From the NCBI GenBank assembly GCA_040954595.2, contig CM082586.2:3105124-3169123 (forward strand): a stretch of DNA of 64,000 bases. The letters run 5' to 3'. The notes beneath the pieces were generated by a model. That model was not told the DNA's origin. It worked only from the letters and a program-made list of their open reading frames with translations, and searched no databases. Numbering within the stretch: the stretch's first letter is position 1; each line of letters begins with the position of its first letter. Source of the stretch: Balanoglossus misakiensis. Lineage: Eukaryota; Animalia; Hemichordata. The position numbers and the translations under genes were made by a program. Below, piece by piece: positions 43,001 to 54,900 of this stretch.

Positions 43001-46000
43001 TTACAGTATTGCACATAATTTGCTTCCTTGTTGATTGGTCCCCAGTTTGGGATTTCGTACTCTGGTCGTCGTGGTTACATGTTTGGAAGGAGCTGTGGGT
43101 AGGGATTTGGGAGGAGCAACGTGAGGTCTGGATGGAGGATTTTCAAGTTTCCATGGTGATATTTTACACTCTGGTGAGGCTTTCTTTCCAGCGTTGTCTT
43201 GAAGGCTTGCTGCTGACTTCTCTCTGACAATAAAGTTTTACAAAAGAGGTTAGGCATTGGTTACAAATTAAAGGACTAAATTACATCAAAACTAAGACTG
43301 ACCAGGTGTAAACAACAATATCCAAGTAATATGCGAATCATCAACTCACCCACTCAGATCACTGTAATTTGTGTATTCACACTGGACCACCTGGTTGTTC
43401 TTCATGACACACTGACTGTTGTCGTGCATATATTTATCAGCGTACAGACCACTGAAGAGCAGATTGTCCTCAACCAGGCCACAGGAAAAACTCAACATGG
43501 TGATTCCGTGGTCATTGCCGGAATAAACACGGTTCCGAAGCACCTGGCAAATTGAAAAGATGCCATATATGGATGATTGATTGTTAATTTTTGTAGGCAG
43601 AATGAAAAAAATACAGATACAGCTATGTAGCTTTAAATTTGTTTTTTCTTCTGAAGACTGTAAATTCTCTCAGAATGTATGTACCTGAAATCCCTTTGTT
43701 GTTCCCCTTCCCAACTGTATCCCGGACATCTGATTCCCAATGATGTCATTCTCCACGATTCTGCCACTTCCTCTCGTCACCACGCCATACTTGCTGTTGT
43801 CATAGATACCGTTGCCTTGGAGATCCGTGGAGCTGCTCTCCGTGATGGCCACCCCTGACCCGGCATTGCAGGTGACACTATTGTTGACCACCGTGGCAGT
43901 GGGTTTCTGATCCACGACGACGCCTGTGCCACAGTTGCCATGGATAGCGTTGGCCTCAACTCGGATTGGGTCACTGCCTTTAATGCAAATTCCATTACCT
44001 GTGCGAATAAAAAAACATTCCCTATTACATATTAACACATCTGCATGATCTAATTTCACAACAGAAAAAAGCAGACATCGTATGGCAAATGTATGAAAGC
44101 TCCAATCATATAGAAATGACATGTTTCCCTACATGCAAATAAGAAAATCAAATATACATTTTCACTGAAGTAACGACATGATCTATATCTGTTTTCCTCT
44201 CATTTTTGCTGTTTATTTTTGTCTTCAATGAGCTTATCTTCATTTGTTGTACCCTGAATGAAATGGTTTGAATGAAATGAAAACTAAACACAATCTCCAC
44301 TGACCTGCGTTGTGATATATGCTATTATGTTCCACCGTGGCCACTTTCACAGATGGAATCTTTTCGCTTTCATCTTCCTCCTCGGGCACTTCAAGCTCGT
44401 TGCCATGACTACCTGCTGCCTCCATGTTGCCGTGGTGACCGGCGTTCTCTCGATAGGCAACAAACGCAATGCCTGCGTCATTGTTGTTGCTGATTTGGTT
44501 GCCATGGACAAGCGGCTTGCTGGATGACATAATCCACACACCATGGCCAAAATTACCTACAGACATGTAAAAATAAATCTTGTCAAAACTATGAGACAAA
44601 TTTGGAGTCCAATTAACAAGAAGATAGCCCTTGTATTTTTCTCTACAATTTTAATACAGCTACATGTAGATGTTTATTTATTATGCATGTACAATACCAT
44701 TCCCTTACCACATCTCAAACTCGACATGTGACTGCCACACACACACACACACACACACACACAACACTAACAGAACCGTCAGCACAAAACAGTGTTCACT
44801 TACCATGGATGACATTGTTCTCAATTCTACCAAGGGCGCCCTGTCCGATCACCACGCCGTCCGAGGCTCCATTGCATATCCAGTTATCCCTGACCAGTGG
44901 ATTGCCACCGTTGCGAATGTCCACCCCGCCCCACTGATTGTTACTGACCATGTTATCTGAAGGGCAGGAACAAACATACGAGTTTAAAGTTTTGAAAGCT
45001 GATGTTGTAGATGAAAATGTGGGAGTCCCTTGATTTCCTCCCAGATTGAATATATGTGTGTCCCATTTATTGTGTACACGAGGGTGGATTTTTGACAGGG
45101 AGAATGTCTTTGCTTGTTAATCGCAGAGAACAGGGGTTGTGATTTCAATATATCTGAAACACAACACAGGACAAAGAGCCCTGGCGACGACCATATGTAC
45201 ATGTACCAGCATTAAACTGCCTTATGATAAAACATAGCATGAGATGAATTCAACCTCTCTCTGCTCAGCTATGAATAGATACACTTTTGAAACAGCTGTC
45301 GTACACAGCATGCGGGTCGCTACGCTGCCCCGGGGGCACAAGAAGTGGGAGGAGTGTTTTTCTATTGTGCAAATATTGTCACAGCTCACGCATTACAGTT
45401 ATTCACGCATCAGTTGTTCTTGCCAGTTACTGGTTGACTTCTGAATCCTGTGCTCGGTGTTAAGCGAGAGAGAGAGTCTAATTAATGCTCAGTTCCGTAC
45501 CTGTTATCCTGCCTCTTCCATGTTCATTGATTGCGATTCCCGCAGCTTTACCATTACACACTTTGTTGTGACTACGGACACACAAATAAAAAACATCAAA
45601 CTCATCAAAAGGGATTTTAACATGCAAACAGCTTACACTGAAAATTAACTAATCATTATCTGTTGCTTGATTGCTTTTTCATTAGATTAAGTGTAAACCT
45701 TGTGAAGTACCAGTAACACTTACCTGACCACTGGGTTACCTTTGTACAAAATATAAATACCAGCTTCTTTGTTGATATAGATATCGTTATCACAGATGAT
45801 TCCCTTGCCACCTCCCAGAACTACTATTCCTGATCTCTTTCCATGATGAATGTGATTACACTGGAAATAAAATAAAACACAAATCATTCAGATTGTTAAT
45901 CTGGTCCATGCGTATTTCTGATTCTTATTTAAAGTATTATGATGTTTCAGCAAAATTTCAGATGCCTAGTTTTGCTTCTTAACTACAGTCGATTCACCTC

Positions 46001-48011
46001 TAAACCAGGAGAAATGAATTTTTAAGCACATCCCCTTTTTTGTACCTGAATGACAGGATCAGCCTGTTTCCGGATGTCAATTGCAGCTTCTCCGTTGGCA
46101 TAGATGTCGTTCCCGGCTACCACTCCTCCGGAATACAACCTCATGAAAATCCCGGAAGTCCTGCAGTGATGGATTAGATTCCACAGGACAGCAACCTGAA
46201 AGAAGGCAGAGTGCATTCACGTCCATATTTTCCTTCATTTTTATGATAGCCAGGGAAATGAAATCAAAGTGGGAAATGTAAGTTGGAGCAAGGAACGTAC
46301 CCTGCAGAACTAGTGTTTTGAAATCTACACTAAGGATACAAAAATCACAGCCTTACTTTTGTGAATTGGATGCACCGAATTCCATACGCACAATCCTCAA
46401 TGTCGTTCCGGTAGAGTCGAATATCTCCATGGCAACTGACCATGATACCGCCGCCCTGGCATTTGTAAATTTTGCAATTCCGGATGAGACACCCCCGGAG
46501 TTTGTCCATGACCTCCTTCATTTTGGCATAGTTCCGGAGTTCCCGGTCCACCTGGTTCGACTCCTGCGATTGCACCGTGCACTGGAAGGACCGATCCTGG
46601 TACTTGCTCTGGACGAGTCGCTGGCCGGCGAGGTACGACAGACGGTGAACGGACGGGTCCGGAAGGCTCTCCTGCTCCACATCACTGTCCTCGGAGTCGC
46701 TGGAAATTTCCGACGTATCCGTGTCGTACAACAGGTACTGGTCGTCGTGCGGGTCTTCGTTCGCCTCCAGGACGCTGCTGCTCTGAGACAAACGGCTGGC
46801 AGTGGTCTCCGAGCTCAACGTCTTGGTCTCGTGGCGACCGTGGTGCGGCAGAAGGGACGACCCGGCGCGGTCTTTCAAATGGTCAATACTGTGCTGGTTT
46901 ATCCTCGTCTGTACAGCCTCCAAGAGCTGCTTGTAAACCAGTCCATAGTCTGTGCTGGGATAGCCCCACGCATTGATTGCTGCCGAGTTGTTACTCTGTG
47001 TGAACTCGCAGTTCTCGATCAGACCGATGCTCACAGAGTCGAGTTCAACGGGAGCGTGCTTGAATTTTGAAAAACGTATGTGACAAGTGGCAGGGGCGTG
47101 AATCTCTATATTTCCATCTTCAAATTGGCAGTTATCGATTTGCACATGTCCGAAAGTAGACTGAAATTGGAAGGTACACATGTTTGGTTGGACAACACAG
47201 TAACAAAAATTGCCAGACATATTTCTATCAAAAGTTTCAGCTTGTAAGTGTTCCAAAATTCAAAAAACAATTGATGCCATTACATGGACTCACTGAAAAC
47301 AAGAAAAGTAAATCCAGATGAATTATTGTTGGTTCTGTTTGATGATTATCATTTTGGTCACCTGGATGGTATTAATTGTCTTACCTGTATGATAGTTGAT
47401 GTGAACCACGGCGCTTTAATGACAAGATTGCACAATCTGGCTGTTTCCGCCTGCAATTCAATGCTGGCCGAGAGCACTACATCACCGAGTTTACCGCATC
47501 CAACAAGTTCTAATGGCAGTTTCGACAGCATCATGAATTGTTCGTCATAAGTGCCAGGGTGCAGGAATATTCGATCAAAGGCACTGGCATTGTTGAGGGC
47601 GTCTTTCAGATTCTGAAAGTCGCATCTATTGCCGACGTGGAGAACCTTGCGATCGCGCCGCTTGCGAAAGACGTACAAGCACTGCGTCTGGTCCAGATCT
47701 TTGGAGTACTCGCACCAGACTTTGTTCGCCAGGTAGTGGTCTCTGAGGGCCTGCTTCCAGGATCTTGGTTCGACGTGGGGTGCGATCGGCCAGTTCGGGT
47801 GTCTCCATTCCGAGAAGCTGTAATAGAGCTGTCGCCACCGAGTGTTATCCAAGCAACAGACAAGATCGTTCCAGAGATGGCAAACTTGGCAACACCGACA
47901 CAGATCGCTGAAGGAGAGATGGGTGAAACAGAGGCTCCATAGCTCCGGTGGTAGAGTTGGCGTCACAGGGCTGCACTTTTCTGTCGGGTTTTTCTGAGGC
48001 TTGGACGGCAT
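43001..48011 (-). CDS. FBXO10: F-box only protein 10 (F-box plus parallel beta-helix repeats, C-terminal CaaX), ~10 coding exons
   Basis: LPPELWSLCFTHLSFSDLCRCCQVCHLW...LDNTRWRQLY...RHPNWP..PHVEPRSWKQALRDHYLANKVW, multiple NxIxxNxxxGI repeats, and a last exon 43223-43001 reading WKLENPPSRPHV...GSKLCAIL*. Confidence 0.92.
44736..44762. repeat. (CA)n microsatellite
   Basis: Directly visible in an FBXO10 intron. Confidence 0.9.
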
Positions 48012-49103
48012 TTCGTCTCCAGGTGGGACCACCCACAGTTGAAGCTGCTAACGCCTTCGAGTCACAGTAATTGCACATTGGTAATCAACCTGTACAAGAT
48101 AAAACAATACAGGTTCGCTTTATGTGTGATTCCGTGAGACACCGCGACACATAGACAAGGGCCTGTCACACCCATGGTGTTCTTTTGTTAAACACCATTA
48201 TCTTCAATTGTGTGATTGGAGTGACCAAGGTTAATATGCAGGGACACAGGGTCAAGTCATGTGTGTAGCAAGACGGGAGGCCATGTATCCAGGCACAGCG
48301 GAGGGTAGAAGCAAACTATTCTTGCACTCAAAGTGCATTTGGATGGGGTCATCAGGGGATGTGGCTTTTGTCCAGAAAAAAAATTCACATTCTCCTTAAC
48401 ATTCCTAAAATAGAATCCATTAAAAGATAAAGGTGCCACCATGCCAAGTCAGTTTCACAGAAATGACAATGGTAGAAGTTTTTTCCTAGCGGTTCAGATG
48501 TGGTATAGTAATGGATTAAATTTTAGTCCGTTTTGTGAGTGGTAGTTCCTGGAATCACGGTCAGTTGCCATGGAGATATTTGACACTTATCCCAATATGA
48601 CCAATGAGGGCACTGTCTGCTGTAACAAACATATACCCTTGTCTGGCCACAGAGGGCATTGTTTGACTAAAAAATACAACAGGGTTAGTTTCAAATGTTG
48701 TACTGCCAGACCCAGGGTTGTTCACATCAGGAGAATAGGAGAAATAAAGGGCTATTCTACTACCTGTACAGCACTTCAAGAGTCTGTACAGCTTCCTGAA
48801 AATTACTATTAGTTTGAACCTGAACTAGGATTTTAACTTGATTAAATTCACCATTGTTGGTGTGGGCGTAATCTGTGTATTATCCCTCATCCCCAATCTT
48901 CGAAATTAGAGTGAATGAAATTGGTATTTAATTCTCTGACGTTGAAATTACATTCACTAACTGCAGTATAGCTTTTGGCAAGGTCGCATTAACAGCTGGC
49001 TTCACATCTATGCAGATTAAATACTGGCTATCTCAGTTGAAGGATGACAATGCAAGGTCTTTATGACAGGAATAATGTACACATGTGCAAATCATTGTTT
49101 TCC

Positions 49104-49104
<1 letters not shown>

Positions 49105-49134
<30 letters not shown>
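49105..49134. repeat. 30-nt poly(C)/poly(G) tract
   Basis: Uninterrupted run of 30 C. Confidence 0.9.
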
Positions 49135-49136
<2 letters not shown>

Positions 49137-51184
49137 ATGTATCCACCAAGGTCAAGGGTCAAAAACATGCTACACCTCTATTTGTGTTGGTGTTAACCAG
49201 AATCAGCATTTATCTCTCTTAACTGTTGTGGTTTAGCAGTGTTTAAGCCACAACCATTTTTAGGGGGGGGGGGCATAGGACTCTTTTTTAGAAGAGAAAA
49301 TTATTTCAAATCTGTGATTTTTGCTGTTAACAGGATATCACTATAGTTACTGCCACAACTATCACACTATTCAGGCGTTCCCATGATTTGCCTTAGAATT
49401 GTTCTATTTTGCCTCGGGACTTTACTAATCTCACCTCAGACCTAAACAGAAAAGCCCCTCAGAACTAAACAAGCTGCATGCAGTACATAAAGCAGCCGTG
49501 GATTGATTCTTCTCTAACAAGGACTAATGGTGATTTCAGTTTAAAAAGACTGCAGGCAAGGGTGACGGTGTTGTGCTCAAATGTGACTCCACTATAACAT
49601 TTTCAACACAAAAATAGAATTCTGATGTGTGACGTGCTATGCTTAACAACTGCAGCACAGTTACTATTACCACTAGCGTGATTTGTTAGATTACCATGAC
49701 AACACATTCCCTCTGATATTATCATATTCACCAGGCTATGATTGAAAGGCTGTCGTATTCATCTGATAATTTGTATCTTTGTCAAAAGGCTGGATTTGAA
49801 ATATTTTATTGATTAAAAATATGCTACAAGTGGCAGCTATTTCTTCAAACTCTTACTGCAGTCAGATGTCGACTATTTTACCCATGGTGCAATTATTATA
49901 ATTTGACCCCCTAGCATGATGTAAAAACCTAAACTAAGATTTTAGGTGGTAAAAAATGCAGAGAAATGCTGAACATGTCTTGGATTTAAGAAATTGCAGT
50001 AGCTACACCAAACAAAATTATTGAAATCATGACAAGTTAGACAAGTTACAGCTAATCATAATATCATCTGCATCACTGGTTCCCCTGATTTCATATAAAT
50101 AACAGTGTAGCCATGCTAAGAACCAGGATAGCAGGCACTCCATAAATGACTAGTGGGACTGCTCTGAAAAAGTCAAACTTCAAAAGCATATTAAATGTGA
50201 AACAGATGAACTGATTTTAATTGAACACTTTGACAACGTGCACATGGGACATTCACCAGTTTTTGTGTCCTGCAAATAACTGTCAGTGTTCTGCTGCTGC
50301 CTCATACATATTCGCATTTTAATGACTGTCCATTGTTCTAGTATTTTGACACCCCTACTCCTCTTTTGATTCACCTGCACCTGGACACATTTTTCACTCT
50401 GAATAATAACTAGTAGCCCATGATTCTCTGCCACTTTGTTCATTCCACTTTTGGATCTGATGGAGACTGCATGTCTTGGAAAGCTCATGCTTTAGAACCA
50501 GCAGAGGTACCATGGCAGTACCAACTAGTATATTTCAGTGCTGTCAAACACTCAAGGGATCACAGTGGTGTTGATATGCTGTGGGTCCGTAATACTTCCA
50601 GTTCAGTCACTGTCAAACCAATTTGCCAACAAATTGTGCAGCTGAAGGATGCAACGGACCAACAGCAACACCACAGCACTGCAATATTGGAACTGGTCAG
50701 CTCCGCGCGCGCGTTCGCGCTAATGGGGAAGCCTTTAGCGCGTACGCGCAAACAACAACTGACAGTCCCATCTCTCCCGTGATTGCATCTGTCGGGAACC
50801 GGATTTGGCATTTGACAGGGGATGGATTGTACGGTTGTGTGTGGAAACTCAACTGACCAATGGAGACATTTTTCTAGCCATGTCCTCCCTCATGTCATGA
50901 TGTCTGCTGTTCATTTCATTGGCGCAACAGAAAATCGGAATGGATCATAAGACAAGCAAAGTGTGCAGCTTGAAGTTGAGGAGAACACATCTGCTCCCCA
51001 CCCCCGTGACATGGACAGAATGCCAATGATCGCGCACATGGTCACTGCCAGATTGATGTGACGTTCGATCATGTCAACAGAACCGTGTAAACCCATAGGA
51101 ACCCGTGCAGATGAATATGGATGGACGCATATCGCATGCCGCAACTGCACAACGCACGCGAATCTGCATCGAGCGATCGGACAT

Positions 51185-51925
51185 ACTGGCAATCACCAAA
51201 CTAACTGAGAAAGTACGCTACAGTTTTGAAGTAGCATCGCCCACCTTTGGAATTGACTTTGTAGTCTCGTAGTACTTTCTTGCATGGTGTCTCTTCTATG
51301 TGCTTTGATATTGCTCCAAGTCGCCATCTTGATTCGTTTGCTAATCAGATGTTTATTTGGGTAGTTGCTACCATTAAGAAAAAGGGGTGTAGTTTTTCGA
51401 ATTAGCAACACAGACTTTCTACTTTTGAATTGCTATGAGTCTACGGTCAGATACAACCTGTATTTTTTTTAATTAATACGCTTAAAAATCCCCTAACAAG
51501 TTTGATAACTTATCCGATGTGATGGGGTCGAGCAATCAGGTTAAACATTGTTGAACTCAACATAGTTTAGTCCCCTGACACTAATATCTTGTGGGGTTCA
51601 AGGGCGAGCTCATTAGCTATGTACAGTAAAAAGCACCCACAGAACGCGAATCGAAGCAAAAAAATAAAAAGTTCGATGCAGCTGGCACTTTTTCTTGAAC
51701 CTTCTTGTGCGCAGCTGAGACAAATTTACTTTTTCCTCGCAAAATTATCGAAGAAGTGAGCAAGTTGATTAAATTGCAATGCATTGTGGGAAGCAGAATT
51801 CGCACAAACAACAACAGAGGTACTGAATTTCAATATGGCGGCAGTACTGGGGACCAACGGAGTAGTCTACCGTATGTATTCCCCGAATGCTCGTCCCCGC
51901 AGCAACTACAGTTAAAAAAACGGGT
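51185..51925. promoter_or_regulatory. Probable bidirectional promoter: FBXO10 non-coding exon 1 (-) and exon 1 of an unidentified + strand gene
   Basis: CpG-enriched region about 50.7-52.6 kb. Divergent YY1-like motifs are CAAGATGGCG (- strand, ~51322-51331) and AATATGGCGGC (+, ~51832-51842). A strong + strand donor CGG|GTAAGG is at 51923. Confidence 0.55.
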
Positions 51926-54900
51926 AAGGTCAATGATTTCTTAAACCCGCCTTCCACATCCGATGGTTAGGTAAGCTGGTTTTCGCGTTCTGTCCCCCCA
52001 AAATTACTCCCAACTTGTTCCCATCTTTTATTGCTCGGCTCCCAAGATGCTAAGCCGTGTGTGTGTGTGGGCCGTGCCTGCAATAGTTGGTCGTACGCAT
52101 TTTCTTCCGACTATTTGTGAAAGCTGTCGCTTTGCAGTTGTTTTCCCGTCATCTGCCGAAGAAAAGAGGCCTTCGTGATTATATGACACATCTGCCCAGT
52201 TTTGTGCGACTTTGTCGCAAAGTTGTTGCAGCAATGAAATCGACATGGCCAAACTCTCAGCGAGCGCTTTCGCAGTTTTCGTCGGCTGCGAGTCCGAATT
52301 AAATTACGTAACATTAAGAAGCAAAAACTTCTGTAAGGAAACTCGCTTTCAGCGAATTCCACTGCGTGTCATTTGCACGGTACGAAGGGGACTTTCCTCA
52401 GAAAGTTAAAGCATGGGTTATGGTTTTTACGGGAGTTATTGTTGACATTTTTGCGGTATGCATGAAGCGAGAACATGTCGATCTCTGATGCTGGGAGGTG
52501 GGCCGAGTTACGTGGTCCCCCGTCGTATCAAGTATCGTTCAGAAACATCTACACGCTGTGCGCATACGATGACCTTAGACAGATCTAAACTCAAAATGTC
52601 ATGGTTTTATCACCAATTCTGGACGGGTTAAGTTGTATCAAACATGCAGGCTTTTTTTCCATCGCTGATCATGTTTTTTCCCCCAATACCATGGCCCCAT
52701 CTCACGCTATTATCCTAGGCGTGCGGGCAATATTATTATGCAGTTGCAGTGTAACAGTGGGGTCCGGTCTTTGATCAAGGTCGAGCGCCTATTGAAACGA
52801 CTACCATGCACTTCGCTTTTCAATCAAAGATGGTCTTTTGAGCATTCGGTCCCATTGTTGCACCATCTGTGGGACCGAACCACAAAATAGACGACCAGAC
52901 ATCTTACACACAGGCTGGAGTGAAAATGTTTGCATAATAATGCAAATGTTTTTCAGAAGCAGTGTGGCGTGCTATTGTTAATGTATGTTGTGTATATTTC
53001 ACAATGTGCGGATTTGTAAACAAAACAGTTCATAACAGTTTGATTACCTGGATTTGTTTGAGAACTGCAAAAAAATGCTGTTTTTAATATGGCTTGGTTT
53101 ATGGCTGTATGTAGATATCTAAAATTGTATGTAGATTCAGAAACATGTTCATCCTAGAATGGGTCAAGGTCATCACAGCTTGGAATAAGCCATACCATTA
53201 AAACATGGTCTCCTATATTCTATTAAAATAAATGTAGACAACAAGTATAATTAATTAGCCAATGAAGCTGAACAGGTGAATGCATAATGAAGAAAAAATT
53301 AAAAATCTGCCGCACTTTTATGAAAATGTTTTGTTTACAAAATACATAGCAGATGAGCCCCCGGAGAATAACTTTTGTTCTGTGGGTGAGATTTCAAAAA
53401 TGCAATATGGTGCAAATGTTTATTTTCTTTGTGTGTTTTTTTTTGTATAGAGTAGACTGCTTATTTTGTCTTTGCAATTCATACACGTATGGCGCATTTG
53501 AATACGAGTTTGTTAAGCATTTGAAGGAAGTCGCAGATATTTGACTTCAGATTATATATATAATGTGTAGTCTCATCAGTTCTGCTGTGGCATTTTATGT
53601 CAAAACATAGCACAGAATTTTTCAGTAGCTGTGTTTGACTCATGATTTCCATGTTTTATGATGTTGTGGACAATAAAGATACTCTATTCGTTCTCTTCTC
53701 TTCTGTTTATTTCTGAGACTTGCCCTTAAATGGGCATATGGCCTATATAAGTATAATTATAAGAGCATTGAGCATTTGACAAAATAAGCTAGAATATAGA
53801 ATACAAGTTTATAAATAGTAAACTCAAATTTGTATGATATTTTGGACAATAAAGATATACTATTTTATTCTTTTCATTGTTGTTTAAGAAAAACAATGTT
53901 TCAGCCATTTGAGCAGAGTATTTTGTTTAAAACAAACTCCCACTCACAAGCATGAATCCCTGCATAATTTATGCCTGCCAGCCAATTGATAGTTGGTATG
54001 TTTCGCCATGGATGATTGCTATACATCCTACATGTATTAAATATTGACTGATTTACATTGTCTTCCATTTAAGTTTTATTGACAGAGTAATAATGATTCA
54101 TCAATCAACAGAGTTTACTGTTAGTTTCGAATATGAATGTAAATATATACATGCAAATGTGGGAATCTAATACAGGGAATAGAGTATCTCTTGGCAAAAC
54201 AACCAATCATTAAATAGGCATATTGTCTGCCCTTTAATATTACGTTGGGTGGTTGACATGTAGCCACCCATATTCTACTATTACCCATGTTCTCCCCAGA
54301 ACTATTAAATCACAGTAGCCACTACTACTGGTATTACATTTTGGCAAAACAACAGAAATTATTGCCATAGCAATCTTGTCTATTGTTATGCAAATAAGCA
54401 TCCCGAACAGCAGGAATTCCTGGAAAGAACACTGATTATTAAACTGGGTCAGAGAGAGATAGAGAGAAATCCAATGCCATGGATGAAGTACATGTTATTT
54501 GATGATTTCCATTATCTCATTATGTTCAAATAATGAGTGTGGTATTAAGTTGGGGAAGGAGGATTTGAGGCTAGCTTTAGGGGATACAACTCGTGATCAT
54601 ATTAGCAAGAATGACAAGACATTTCCCTGGCATATTTACTAATATAGGGATGTATACAGCAGTTGTTGTTACCAGACAAAAAGCTGTGTAGGTGTGAACC
54701 AAAAAGGCCGAGTCAGCTGTTAAAAATCCTGAACAAATTCAATGGAAAATTCCTCTTCTACGTCCCTTTCTGAATACAACAACTTGCCCACTTTTGCGCT
54801 TCATTTCTGGTGTAACTAATCTGTGTGTTATGGCAGCGAAAGAGCGCCGTGAAATTCAGTTGAAATTGCGTTGCCTTGCAGGGTGTCTGAACTACCAGCA

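Noticed and set aside
46318-47070. 250 aa plus-strand ORF (and similar ones at 31703-32290, 26950-27429, 39594-40025)
   Set aside because: They are antisense to GC-rich coding exons of FBXO10, CCDC174, the dipeptidase and EFHC1. This is an expected by-product of codon bias, and they show no independent motifs.
53655-53876. ~40 bp direct repeat (TATGAT...TGGACAATAAAGATA) about 175 bp apart
   Set aside because: A degenerate AT-rich local duplication with no TSD, ORF or structure.
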